From: Candidatus Zhuqueibacterota bacterium
Lineage (GTDB): Bacteria; Zhuqueibacterota; Zhuqueibacteria; Residuimicrobiales; Residuimicrobiaceae
NCBI GenBank assembly: GCA_963169875.1
Contig: CAUJEL010000172.1
Span: 22,460 to 86,459 of the forward strand
Direction of reading: 5' to 3'
Length of the DNA: 64,000 bases
Shown: one piece after another, positions 38,350 to 47,890 of the stretch
How the letters are laid out: each line of letters begins with the position of its first letter
Position numbering within the stretch: the stretch's first letter is position 1
Program-made: the position numbers and the translations under genes
The notes under the pieces: generated by a model
What the model was told of the DNA's origin: nothing
What the model saw: the letters and a program-made list of their open reading frames with translations, nothing else
Database searches by the model: none

Positions 38350-39780
38350 TTATCGTTCAGACTTAAGGCACTGTATTTTTAAAAAGTTGGTGCTTGCGCC
38401 GGCAGCCAGCGGATGACCACCAATCAGCAGGACGGACTCGGCTTCTGCTCCCACGACCTGGTGGACAACGGGTCTCATGAACTCTACTAACATGTCTACA
38501 TCAGCGCTGAACGCAGCCATCCGCGGCAGCACGCCCCAATAAAGACTTAATTTTTGAAACGTCGCCTGCGAAGGGGTAAATGCAATGATCGGCACTCCGG
38601 GGCGCTGATTTGCAATCCATCGCGCCGTCTCCCCAGAGAGCGTAAACACACAGATCGCCGCCACGGTCTGCTCTTCTGCGATGGTGCGCGCTGCCGCGGC
38701 GATTGAATGCGCCGGACCCGGAATCGCCGGCACATGCCAGCGCCGTTGCTGCACCCAATCCCCGTGCCGGCCGCTTTTTTCGGCCACCTCCGCAATCCGC
38801 GACATCATCTTAACCGCCTCCAGGGGATAGTCGCCGATGGCTGTCTCAGCACTGAGCATGATCGCATCACTGCCATCGATAATGGCATTAGCCACATCGC
38901 TGACCTCGGCCCGCGTCGGCCGCGGATGATGAATCATGGACTCCAGCATCTGCGTGGCGGTGATCACCGGAACTCCGGCTTCATTGGCCGCTTCGATGAT
39001 CTGCTTCTGAATGATGGGCACTTCTTCCGCCGGCACCTCGACGCCAAGATCACCGCGCGCCACCATGACCACATCGGCCTGTGCGAGAATGGCGGGCAAA
39101 TCCTCCAGCGCCTCAGCGCGCTCGATTTTGGCAACCACCGGGATGCGTCTCCCCGCTTGAGCCATGATCTGCTTTACCTGCACAATATCGGAAGCCCTGC
39201 GCACAAACGACAAGGTGATGAAATCGACGCCCTGCTGCAGACCGAACTGCAGATCCTGCAAATCCTTTTCCGTGACAGCGGGCGCACTCAAGGCGACACC
39301 GGGCAGATTGATGCCTTGATGCGCTTTCAATATCCCCCCGTTCACCACCTGGGTAGTGACTTCCGCACCGGCACTCGAAACCACCTGCAAAGCGATCAGA
39401 CCATCGGACAGCAAAATGCGATCGCCGCGCTTGACATCGCCCGGCAGAGCCTCATAGGAGGTGCTGATCCGTTCCGCCGTGCCCGCACACGCCTCCGTGG
39501 TGATGATCAACGCCTGCCCGGCCGTCAGCACGACCGGCTTGCCATCCTTGAGCGCCCCGGTGCGGATTTTCGGTCCCTGCAGATCCTGTAAAATGGCAAC
39601 CGCCCGCTCATGATGCTGCGCCGCCCGCCGCACCGCCGTGACAACCTCGGCGTGTTCCGCGGCCGTTCCATGGCTAAAATTGAGCCGCACAACATCCACG
39701 CCCGCCCGGACGAGTTGATCGATCTTTTCATCACTGCGCGTCGCGGGGCCGATGGTGGCGACTATTTTGGTTTTTCTCAT
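38350..39780 (-). CDS. pyk: Pyruvate kinase
   Basis: It starts 'MRKTKIVATIGPA' and carries 'MVARGDLGVE'. ATG 39780 sits within the longer track ORF. Confidence 0.9.
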   Translation of the reverse strand: MRKTKIVATIGPATRSDEKIDQLVRAGVDVVRLNFSHGTAAEHAEVVTAVRRAAQHHERAVAILQDLQGPKIRTGALKDGKPVVLTAGQALIITTEACAGTAERISTSYEALPGDVKRGDRILLSDGLIALQVVSSAGAEVTTQVVNGGILKAHQGINLPGVALSAPAVTEKDLQDLQFGLQQGVDFITLSFVRRASDIVQVKQIMAQAGRRIPVVAKIERAEALEDLPAILAQADVVMVARGDLGVEVPAEEVPIIQKQIIEAANEAGVPVITATQMLESMIHHPRPTRAEVSDVANAIIDGSDAIMLSAETAIGDYPLEAVKMMSRIAEVAEKSGRHGDWVQQRRWHVPAIPGPAHSIAAAARTIAEEQTVAAICVFTLSGETARWIANQRPGVPIIAFTPSQATFQKLSLYWGVLPRMAAFSADVDMLVEFMRPVVHQVVGAEAESVLLIGGHPLAAGASTNFLKIQCLKSER

Positions 39781-40087
39781 AATCTCTGCTCCAGATACAC
39801 CCCCTAAAGTACACAAAATAATCCACACAAACAAAAAGAGAATCTTGTGCCTCTTCTCTTGCCCTTGACCTTTTATTAAATCCATCGCACATCTTATGAC
39901 AGGCATTTCCAGCACACAAGCGGAGAAATCCCTTGCAGCAGGAATTGACAAAATGGATCAAGTTTTCATGGCGTGATTTGGATCATTTCGAGTCCATGAA
40001 AAAATAAAACTTTATGAAATATGATAAATTATTCGTATCTTGTATTTTAAAATTTATAAAATCAATCTATCAAACAAGGAGAATCCC

Positions 40088-41095
40088 ATGCGTAAATTAG
40101 TCATCGCCGTCTTGTTCCTGGCATTGGTTGTCGGTGGCTGCGGTGGTCCCAAGGGCTTAAAACTCGAAAAAGGAACTCCGATATACGAGCTGGCAAAAGA
40201 AGTGTCCAAGTCCTATCCCGTTGTGGATCCTGATCAGAATAAAGAACTGGTGAAATGCAAATATTTCGTCATCACACCGGGCACTTTTTTCACCGAGATG
40301 CAACTGGCCATGGGCAAGAACATCAACGAGTTGAAAAATCTCGATCCCAAGCGGTTGCCCGAGTTCCTCAAAGTCAATATCGAACGCATGGGCGAACGTA
40401 ATCTGCTGCTGGAAGCGGCGAAAAATTCCGGCGTGGCCATCACCCCGCAACAACTCGACAGCACGCTCAACTTTATCTATACGCAAAACGGCGGCGAAGA
40501 GGCCTTCGCCAAACGGATCGGCGGCGATGGTATCTCCCTCGAAACCGTGAGAAAAGATGTCGAACGCGAAATGACCATCCGCCAATATTTTGAAAAGCTC
40601 TATAACGAAACCAAGGTTACCGAAGATGAATTGAAAACGGCTTATGCGCAGGACAAAACCGCCAGCGTACGCCATATCCTGCTCATGACCCAGGGCAAGA
40701 GCGACTCAGCTAAAGCGGAAGCCAAAAAACAGATTGAAAGTCTGCTGCAACGCGCCAAATCGGGTGAGGATTTTGCCACGCTGGCAAAACAATATACCGA
40801 GGATCAGGGCTCCAGAGAGAGCGGCGGTTTGTATGAGAATTTCCCGCGCGGCCATATGGTCAAACCCTTTGAAGATGCTGCTTTTACCGTGCCCGTCGGC
40901 CAGATCAGCGATATCGTCGAGACCCAGTACGGCTACCATATCCTCCAGATCGTCGATCGCCAGAAGGAAACCAGACCCTTCGATGAGATCAAAAACGAGC
41001 TGGAACAGCAGCTCCTGCGCAACAAGCGCCGCGAACTGAATACCTCCATCGTGGAAAAACTTAAAAAAGAATCGGATTATCAGGTTTCCCTGTAA
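40088..41095 (+). CDS. Parvulin-type peptidyl-prolyl cis-trans isomerase (PrsA/SurA-like lipoprotein)
   Basis: A signal peptide carries the lipobox 'VVGGC'. The PpiC domain reads 'ASVRHILLMT...GYHILQIVDR'. An AAGGAG RBS lies upstream. Confidence 0.8.
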   Translation: MRKLVIAVLFLALVVGGCGGPKGLKLEKGTPIYELAKEVSKSYPVVDPDQNKELVKCKYFVITPGTFFTEMQLAMGKNINELKNLDPKRLPEFLKVNIERMGERNLLLEAAKNSGVAITPQQLDSTLNFIYTQNGGEEAFAKRIGGDGISLETVRKDVEREMTIRQYFEKLYNETKVTEDELKTAYAQDKTASVRHILLMTQGKSDSAKAEAKKQIESLLQRAKSGEDFATLAKQYTEDQGSRESGGLYENFPRGHMVKPFEDAAFTVPVGQISDIVETQYGYHILQIVDRQKETRPFDEIKNELEQQLLRNKRRELNTSIVEKLKKESDYQVSL

Positions 41096-41126
41096 TCATC
41101 GCGAAGGGCTTTTCTCTGCAGCGTTC

Positions 41127-41160
41127 AAGCTCCGGTCATTTCATGACCGGAGCTTTTTTA
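41127..41160 (+). terminator. Rho-independent terminator after the PPIase gene
   Basis: The sequence reads AAGCTCCGGTCATttcATGACCGGAGCTT followed by TTTTT. Confidence 0.8.
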
Positions 41161-41206
41161 TGTTATAAGGTAGCTGAGGGGGGATTTGAATCGCTCAGGG
41201 ATAAAA

Positions 41207-42418
41207 TCAGAACGCCGCAGCCGCTTTACCAGCCAGGGCACCAGTGCTGAAGGCAAACTGGAGATTATAGCCGCCACAGGGCCCCACAACATCCAACACC
41301 TCCCCAGCCAGATAAAGCCCCCTCTGTTTCAGCGACAGGCACGTCCTGGCCTCCACTTCATGCACCGGCACGCCCCCTGCGGAAACCTGCGCATAATTGA
41401 AATCACGCGTTCCCGTAACCGCGACGCGCGTATGCTGTAAATGCCTGAAAAGCGCTTCCCTTCTTTGTTCGCCCAAATGGCGCATGCTGAGGTCATCCGC
41501 CACCCCGCTCCAATGCATCAGGACTTGAACAACCTTTGGCAGCAGAACCGAACCAAGTACCACACGAACAGGCCAATCGCTGTCCACTCTTTGCGCGAAA
41601 AGCTCGAAAAACATCTCTTTGTACCGCGCCAAAAAATCGATTTCCAGTTCAAGGTTGTCCTGTTCCATTGCGATCAGGTGACTCAGATCCATGGCCGCGG
41701 GACCGTTCACTCCCCACTGGGTGAAAATAGCGTTTCCATGACTCGCTCCCAGACACTCGGCCCCGCGCAGCAATGTCAGCGCCACATCCATGCGTACCCC
41801 CTGCAGTTTGTGCAGGCGGCTCATCTCTGCCACAATGGGCGCCAGCGCGGGCCGCGAAGGCATAATAGTGTGTCCCAGGCGACCGAGCACGGGATAACCG
41901 CTGCCCCGGGAACCCAGCTGGGGATAAGCCTTACCTCCACTGGCAACGATCAGCCGGTCGAATGTGTACGTTTCCGCACCAACCACCTGCCAGCCCTCCG
42001 CGACGGGATAAAAATCACGGACCTCTTCCTGCAGATGCAGCACGACCCCCTCGATCTGCAGCGCCGCCGTCAAGGCCGCAACCACATTGGCCGCGGATTC
42101 CGAAAGCGGATAGCACCAGCCGTCTTCCATGACCTTGATGGGAACGGCGATGGATTCCAGAAACCGCACCAGGTCCCGATGAGCAAACGCCTCCAGCACA
42201 GAGAGGACGAACCGGGAATCGCGACAGACGTAGCGCATCGGATCGAGATGCTGATTGGTGATGTTGCAGCGGCCGCTGCCGGTGACCGCCAGTTTTTTAC
42301 CGGGCCGGGCATTGGCTTCAAACAGGCCGACCTCGGCCCCGCCGCGGCCGGCCATGATCGCGGCAATCAGCCCCGCCGGTCCCGCACCAATAACTCCGAC
42401 TCTATTGGCTTTTTTCAT
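41207..42418 (-). CDS. HI0933/BaiN-family NAD(P)/FAD-dependent flavoprotein
   Basis: An N-terminal Rossmann 'VGVIGAGPAGLIAA' segment is present. The 403-aa product matches the family pattern. Confidence 0.75.
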   Translation of the reverse strand: MKKANRVGVIGAGPAGLIAAIMAGRGGAEVGLFEANARPGKKLAVTGSGRCNITNQHLDPMRYVCRDSRFVLSVLEAFAHRDLVRFLESIAVPIKVMEDGWCYPLSESAANVVAALTAALQIEGVVLHLQEEVRDFYPVAEGWQVVGAETYTFDRLIVASGGKAYPQLGSRGSGYPVLGRLGHTIMPSRPALAPIVAEMSRLHKLQGVRMDVALTLLRGAECLGASHGNAIFTQWGVNGPAAMDLSHLIAMEQDNLELEIDFLARYKEMFFELFAQRVDSDWPVRVVLGSVLLPKVVQVLMHWSGVADDLSMRHLGEQRREALFRHLQHTRVAVTGTRDFNYAQVSAGGVPVHEVEARTCLSLKQRGLYLAGEVLDVVGPCGGYNLQFAFSTGALAGKAAAAF

Positions 42419-42599
42419 GGCCCGCTCCTCGCTGTGGATGGCTCGCGGAGGAACCCTTGCTGCGCAAGCGCACAGCTTCCCGCAAAATCCACTCCATTTG
42501 CCCGTTCAGACTGCGCAGCTCATCATCCGCCCATCTCTGTAAATCGGCCGCCAGTTTCGGGTCGATGCGCAGCAATATGGATTTCTTCTCTCCAGCCAT
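42402..42599 (-). CDS. Arc/MetJ-type ribbon-helix-helix DNA-binding protein
   Basis: The 65-aa product carries 'ILLRIDPKLAADLQRWADDELRSLNGQMEWILREA', the common Arc-family RHH pattern. It overlaps the start of the flavoprotein gene by 17 nt. Confidence 0.5.
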   Translation of the reverse strand: MAGEKKSILLRIDPKLAADLQRWADDELRSLNGQMEWILREAVRLRSKGSSASHPQRGAGHEKSQ

Positions 42600-42608
42600 G
42601 AAGTGATC

Positions 42609-43493
42609 CTAATAAAGCGAACCGGTGTTCAAGACAGGCTGCGCCGCCCGCTCCGCGCATAACACCACCATGAGATTGCTCACCATGGTGGCCTTGCGTT
42701 CTTCGTCCAGATGCAAGACGCCCTCGGTGCTCAACCGTTCCAGCGCCATCTGTACCATGCCCACCGCGCCATCGACGATTTTTTGCCGCGCCGCGATGAT
42801 CGCCTCCGCCTGCTGCCGCTGCAGCATCACCGACGCAATTTCCGCGGCATACGCAAGATGGTTGATACGCGCCTCTTCAATGACCACACCGGCGCGCTTG
42901 ACGCGTTCCTGAATCTCTTTGCCCAACGCCTCGGAAACCTCATCGATGGAAACACGCAAACTCACCTCCTCGTGTTCGCTGCTGTCATAGGCATACTGCG
43001 TCGCCAGATGGCGCAGCGCGGATTCGGATTGCATGCGCACATATTCCGTATAGTTCTCCACCTCAAATACAGCCTGGGCAGTATCGCTCACGCGCCATAC
43101 CACCACGGCGGAAATGTCGATGGGATTGCCGCGCTTGTCGTTCACCTTGAGCTTTTCACTGTCGAAATTTCGCACGCGCAAGGAGATGGGTTTGCGGGTG
43201 TAAAAAGGATTGGCCCAGCGAAAACCCGTTGTCTTTTCCGTGCCGATGTAACGGCCAAACAGAAGCAATACAATCGCTTCGTTCGGTTCGATGGTAAAAA
43301 AACCGTGCATGGTTACCAAAAGACCAACAAACAACACAATGTTGCCAACCAGCTCCAGTGGAGACGCCGGATTACCCTGATTGAGGTCAATGATCTGCAT
43401 AACGAACCAATAAACAGTCAGGCCCAGGGCGACGATTAGACTGACCAGCGCAGCCCAGCCGCTGAAAGCCGTCTTTTGCTTCTCTTTGAACAT
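42609..43493 (-). CDS. SPFH/band-7 (stomatin-like) membrane protein
   Basis: N-terminal TM helices are followed by an SPFH domain and a coiled coil ('[15 protein letters not shown]'). Confidence 0.75.
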   Translation of the reverse strand: MFKEKQKTAFSGWAALVSLIVALGLTVYWFVMQIIDLNQGNPASPLELVGNIVLFVGLLVTMHGFFTIEPNEAIVLLLFGRYIGTEKTTGFRWANPFYTRKPISLRVRNFDSEKLKVNDKRGNPIDISAVVVWRVSDTAQAVFEVENYTEYVRMQSESALRHLATQYAYDSSEHEEVSLRVSIDEVSEALGKEIQERVKRAGVVIEEARINHLAYAAEIASVMLQRQQAEAIIAARQKIVDGAVGMVQMALERLSTEGVLHLDEERKATMVSNLMVVLCAERAAQPVLNTGSLY

Positions 43494-43735
43494 ATATTAC
43501 CCTTTCGTTGGTAATGTAATATCTTTTTGATATCAATATAATATAACACACCACACCATTCATGTCAAGAGAAATCGGAATAAACTATGATCCGGTGTCA
43601 ACGGTTGGCGTAATCCTGATTCAATGCACCCATGAAGTGCGGGCATGCAATCGCTGTGGGGAGGTTGACCCAGAATCCGGGAAAATTTAATTCGAATGCA
43701 AACATCTATTAATATAACAGTTCACTACATTTTTC

Positions 43736-43764
43736 TTGCATTTTGCCGGTGAATCTTTTACATT
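43736..43764 (+). promoter_or_regulatory. Candidate sigma70-type promoter for cspA
   Basis: The -35 element TTGCAT (43736-43741) is separated by a 17-nt spacer from the -10 element TACATT (43759-43764). It is preceded by an AT-rich tract and would give a 5'UTR of about 160 nt. If the organism is Bacteroidota-like, a different consensus applies. Confidence 0.4.
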
Positions 43765-43932
43765 TTGGTGTAATTGATGTACACCGTGTATGCCCTTGTA
43801 CCATTTGCTGCACGGACCATTTCCGCTCCAGCAATACTCGCTGTAAACACGGACCAGACCAGCCCGGTTTACACGACAAGTCGGCCGTTTTGGTGTACGA
43901 ACCATGTACACATTTCATTGAAAGGGTTTCAT

Positions 43933-44136
43933 ATGGAACGTGGCACCGTAAAGTGGTTCAACACTTCCAAAGGGTATGGATTCATCACGCGTGAATCCGG
44001 CGGAGATATCTTTGTCCATTTTTCCGGAATTGCGTCCGAGGGTTTTCGTTCACTGACTAATGGCGATGTGGTTGAATTTGAAGTGGCAGATTCAGACAAA
44101 GGTCCCCAGGCCGTCAAAGTATCCAAAGTTGAGTAG
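43933..44136 (+). CDS. cspA: Cold-shock protein (CspA family)
   Basis: The sequence 'MERGTVKWFNTSKGYGFITRESGGDIFVHFSGIASEGFRSLTNGD' contains the RNP1 and RNP2 motifs. Confidence 0.95.
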   Translation: MERGTVKWFNTSKGYGFITRESGGDIFVHFSGIASEGFRSLTNGDVVEFEVADSDKGPQAVKVSKVE

Positions 44137-44142
44137 TTCAAC

Positions 44143-44178
44143 AAAAAAGCCCTTGTCGATGACGGCAAGGGCTTTTTG
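44143..44178. terminator. Bidirectional rho-independent terminator between cspA and the PiT gene
   Basis: The sequence reads AAAAAAGCCCTTGtcgatgacggCAAGGGCTTTTT. Confidence 0.8.
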
Positions 44179-44181
44179 CTG

Positions 44182-45213
44182 TTAAAAATTGGTGTGAAAC
44201 AGGTGCATGATCCAGAAACACCCGGCCGCAACCAGCGCGGAAAATGGAATCGTAATCACCCAGGAAATCACAATCCGGCCGGCCACGCTCCATTTGATCT
44301 GAGAGGCATGGGTGGTCGAGCCCACACCGACGATGGCGCCGGAAATCGTGTGGGTGGTGGACACAGGGATGCCCATATGGGTCGCCATGAAAATGGTGAT
44401 CGCGCCGGCGGTCTCCGCACAAAATCCATGCACCGGCTTGAGCTGCGTCAGCTTCATCCCCATGGTTTTGACAATGCGCCAACCACCGAACGCCGTTCCC
44501 AAGGCCATCGCTGTTTGACAGGAGAGTATAATCCAACTGGTTTTCATATCCAGCAAGGATAGCTGCGTATCTTTATCCAACATGCCGGCTGCCACCAACA
44601 GGGCCACGATGAGTCCCATGGTTTTCTGCGCATCATTGCCGCCGTGCCCCAATGAATAGAGCGCCGCGGAGACCAGCTGTCCCTTGCGAAAAATTTTATC
44701 CACCTCGTAGGGCCGGCGGCGGCGAAAAAGCCAGTATACCGCCACCATGATGACAAATCCCAGCAGCAAACCCAGCAGGGGTGACAACGGAATGAATTGC
44801 ACCGTTGCCCATACTTTTTCCCAGTTAATGATATCAGTTCCTTTATAAGCAATACCTGCTCCGGCAAATCCTCCGATTAGTGCGTGTGAAGAACTGGTGG
44901 GGAGTCCCAACCACCAGGTTATAAGATCCCAGACGATGGCGCCGAGGAGTCCCGCCAGCACGACATAGATAAACGCGGGATCACCCGCCTGGATGTGGAC
45001 GATTTTCGACACCGTATCAGCCACCCGCGGCATAAAAATGAACATGGCGACGAAATTGAAAAAGGCCGCCCAGATGACAGCCACGCGCGGTGAAAGAACC
45101 CGCGTGGAAACCACCGTAGCGATGGAATTGGCGGAGTCGTGAAATCCATTGATGGTATCAAAAACCAGTGCAATAGCCACGGTCAAAACAACCATTATCA
45201 TGGTAGTACTCAT
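44182..45213 (-). CDS. pit: Inorganic phosphate transporter, PiT family
   Basis: The 343-aa product has about 10 TM helices and the PiT signature 'GFHDSANSIAT'. Confidence 0.9.
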   Translation of the reverse strand: MSTTMIMVVLTVAIALVFDTINGFHDSANSIATVVSTRVLSPRVAVIWAAFFNFVAMFIFMPRVADTVSKIVHIQAGDPAFIYVVLAGLLGAIVWDLITWWLGLPTSSSHALIGGFAGAGIAYKGTDIINWEKVWATVQFIPLSPLLGLLLGFVIMVAVYWLFRRRRPYEVDKIFRKGQLVSAALYSLGHGGNDAQKTMGLIVALLVAAGMLDKDTQLSLLDMKTSWIILSCQTAMALGTAFGGWRIVKTMGMKLTQLKPVHGFCAETAGAITIFMATHMGIPVSTTHTISGAIVGVGSTTHASQIKWSVAGRIVISWVITIPFSALVAAGCFWIMHLFHTNF

Positions 45214-45255
45214 ACAGCATTACCCTAATATCAATACCGCATCCGATACATCGCA

Positions 45256-45879
45256 TCAACTGGCGGAGATAACCACACCTTCAATGATGTTGGCCACATC
45301 CTCACAACGGTCCACCGATTTCTCCAGGCGCTCGAATATTTCTTTCCATTTTATGATCATGATCGGATCCGATTCCCGGAACAGACGGAACAACGCCGAT
45401 CGCAAGATGTCATCTCCCTGGTTCTCCAGATCATGAATGATATGACACTGTTCGATGATGATCGCACTGTTCTTCAGATTCCGCAAAGCATGAACTGCCG
45501 TTTTGATGCATTCCGAGGCTTTGACCAGCACTTCTGCCAGTGCTTTCGCCTCGGGACGCATGCCCGTGATGCCATAGAGCGCCATGCGGCTCGCGCCGCC
45601 ATCGATGCAGTCGATGATATCATCCATGCGCTTGATCAGTTGATGAATATCCGGACGGTCAATGGGCGTGATGAACGTGCGATGCAGTGCGTCAATGCAT
45701 TGGTGGGTGAGATCATCCGCCTGATGTTCCAAATCCTTGACGCGTTGAACAGCCCCCGGCAATTCTTTCTCTCCGGAAGTCAAACGCAGCAATTCATGAC
45801 ACGTTTCGAAAATAAGCGCTGCGTGATTTTCGAAAAAGTCAAAAAAAGCGTACTCCTTGGGTAAAATACTCTTGAACAT
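45256..45879 (-). CDS. DUF47-family (PhoU-like) PiT-associated regulator
   Basis: It is a helical protein that starts 'MFKSILPKEYAFFDFFENHA'. The DUF47-Pit pairing is conserved. ATG 45879 has a GAGG RBS. Confidence 0.75.
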   Translation of the reverse strand: MFKSILPKEYAFFDFFENHAALIFETCHELLRLTSGEKELPGAVQRVKDLEHQADDLTHQCIDALHRTFITPIDRPDIHQLIKRMDDIIDCIDGGASRMALYGITGMRPEAKALAEVLVKASECIKTAVHALRNLKNSAIIIEQCHIIHDLENQGDDILRSALFRLFRESDPIMIIKWKEIFERLEKSVDRCEDVANIIEGVVISAS

Positions 45880-45898
45880 AGCGCCTCGCTGATAGTTT

Positions 45899-46621
45899 TT
45901 ATGGGTACTCGATAAGATCCGAAATTTTTTCGCGGACGAGAGCTGTGAGTTCTTCCACACTTTTCGATTTGATTTCATCATAGGGGAGCGGTGCACCCAC
46001 TTTCAGGAGGATGGGGCCGGGGCGGACGATCCAACTCACGCGCGATTTGAAGCGGAACAATCCGCTCGTCCCGATGGGAACGATATCCACCCCCGCCATT
46101 TGCGCCAGCCGGAACGGCAGCTTTTTGAAAGGCCCCAGCGCACCGGTGCGCGTGCGCGTCCCCTCGGGCATGATGATGATGGATTTGCCAGCCCGGATAT
46201 CTTCTGCCGCGCGCTCCAGACTCGCCCAGGAGGCATGGGCACTGGCGCGTTCGATGGGGATATTGCCGATGCTGCGAATGAACCAGCCGATGAGCGGCCA
46301 CTTGAACTGCTCGGCAGCCTCCACGCCGCGGGCGAAAAAGGGCAGATAGCCGCCGACGAGCGGGACATCGAACAGACTCACATGATTGGGCATGAAGAGA
46401 TAGGTCTTGCTGCGATCGAGCCGCTCCAACCCTTCAACGCGGACGTGGCCGCCATAGAGCCGGACCAAAAAACGCAACAGCGCGCGGCCCAAATCGTTAT
46501 AAATACGAGGCGGAAACAAGAGCCCCAAAAGCGTAATGAATAAAAGGACTGGAATGGTGATGATCAACCCATAGGTCCAGATTATGACCGCAAGAATGAT
46601 CTCTGATATACGTTTCATCAT
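45899..46621 (-). CDS. plsC: 1-acyl-sn-glycerol-3-phosphate acyltransferase family (PlsC-like)
   Basis: It carries the 'NHVSLFD' H(X)4D motif and the 'MPEGTRT' motif, with an N-terminal TM helix. Confidence 0.8.
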   Translation of the reverse strand: MMKRISEIILAVIIWTYGLIITIPVLLFITLLGLLFPPRIYNDLGRALLRFLVRLYGGHVRVEGLERLDRSKTYLFMPNHVSLFDVPLVGGYLPFFARGVEAAEQFKWPLIGWFIRSIGNIPIERASAHASWASLERAAEDIRAGKSIIIMPEGTRTRTGALGPFKKLPFRLAQMAGVDIVPIGTSGLFRFKSRVSWIVRPGPILLKVGAPLPYDEIKSKSVEELTALVREKISDLIEYP

Positions 46622-47886
46622 GAGCGCGTTAACCCCGTCTTGTCTGTGCGCTGCTGCCGGTAATTGCGCGCCAATTCCATGAAAATCTCCACATCGCTCT
46701 CAAAGTTGCTTTGCAAACCATCAAAATAGAGAACCCGCAGCGGAAATTGCCCCAAATCCTCGCTCACCCGCGGATAGACCGATTCGCAGACAATGCCATT
46801 CATGCAGGTGAAGGGGCTGATATCGATAACACCATCGGCGCCCTTGCGCTGATACCAGATGGCTTTGCCCACGGATATGACCATCTCGCCATGGGCGCCC
46901 TCCCGCGGCAAATAAGGCCTGCTGAGATCGAGCACCTGCGTGATATGCTTTGGCTCGGGATAATCAAAAAAATCTTCGCGGAAAAGGGCCAGCATGGCGG
47001 CTTCATCGGCATGCATCACTTTTTGCCGGATTTTCGCTATCATCATGCTTCCGGAAAAGCGCTTGCCCTGCCGGATCAGACGTTTTTCCTCTTCATCGTT
47101 GGTATACCACACCCATTCGGAGACATCGGACATCCACGCTTCACCGCCGTACTTTTCGATCAAGCGGATGAGGTAACTATTGGAGTAATCATTCAAACGG
47201 CAAAAAATTTCTCCGACGATGCCAATGAGGAGTTTTGGCTTTCTGCGATCCATTTCGACGGTCCTGAAGGCATCGCGCGCGGCAGTGAGAGCGCGCAGGA
47301 TCTCTCCCATGCGTTTTTTGTGAGAAATAGCGGGCAACGCCAGGGCTTCGCAGACGCGATTCAACGACGCCTGAAAAATGCGATCGCTCAATCCCTTTTC
47401 TTTTTCATAAGGCCGTGTCTTCAGCAGCATCTTGCGCATGATGTCCGAAACGATCACCGCCCGCCAACCTGTGCGCACCAATTCCCGGGCGCCCTTGCCG
47501 ATGTCCTGGTACCCATTTGAACTGGTCGGTGACAGAATGAGGACCTCGTCCTCGCCGCGATCCGCAAATATTTTACGCGCCAGCGGCAGATAATGACCAA
47601 AGCGGCACGGGCCATTGGAGGTCGGCAGCAAAAAAGCGGTCCTGGCCGGATCATAATCCGGCATCTCGGTCACCTTGAGAAAACTCCCCAGCGTGATTGC
47701 TTCAGGCAGGCACTCATCACCGCTGAGATATTTCCGGGCCAGATCATCACTGTGCGCGTCGCTGTCCGGAGATGGATAAGCCTCGATGCCGATGGACCGG
47801 AACGCAGCCGCCATGCACAGCGCGCCTTCGTAAGACATCTGCGGGATATAGAGCCTGCGGCCCTGCAATGTTTTTGTCCGCTTCAT
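46618..47886 (-). CDS. 2-hydroxyacyl-CoA dehydratase / benzoyl-CoA reductase-family subunit-like protein (HgdB/BcrC-like, DUF2229-type)
   Basis: The 422-aa product resembles the HAD/BCR family, with conserved Cys residues including 'SNGPCRFGHY'. It overlaps plsC by 4 nt and lies 5 nt from the upstream activase-fusion gene. Confidence 0.55.
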   Translation of the reverse strand: MKRTKTLQGRRLYIPQMSYEGALCMAAAFRSIGIEAYPSPDSDAHSDDLARKYLSGDECLPEAITLGSFLKVTEMPDYDPARTAFLLPTSNGPCRFGHYLPLARKIFADRGEDEVLILSPTSSNGYQDIGKGARELVRTGWRAVIVSDIMRKMLLKTRPYEKEKGLSDRIFQASLNRVCEALALPAISHKKRMGEILRALTAARDAFRTVEMDRRKPKLLIGIVGEIFCRLNDYSNSYLIRLIEKYGGEAWMSDVSEWVWYTNDEEEKRLIRQGKRFSGSMMIAKIRQKVMHADEAAMLALFREDFFDYPEPKHITQVLDLSRPYLPREGAHGEMVISVGKAIWYQRKGADGVIDISPFTCMNGIVCESVYPRVSEDLGQFPLRVLYFDGLQSNFESDVEIFMELARNYRQQRTDKTGLTRS

Positions 47887-47890
47887 CCCG

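Noticed and set aside
38707-39591. A 294-aa plus-strand ORF antisense to pyk.
   Set aside because: This is a shadow ORF. The product is rich in Arg, His and Gly and has no motifs.
41441-42601. A 386-aa plus-strand ORF antisense to the flavoprotein gene.
   Set aside because: This is a shadow ORF.
43687-43918. Two small minus-strand ORFs (74 and 69 aa) upstream of cspA.
   Set aside because: They lie within the likely cspA promoter and 5'UTR and are antisense to the predicted leader. They have no RBS.
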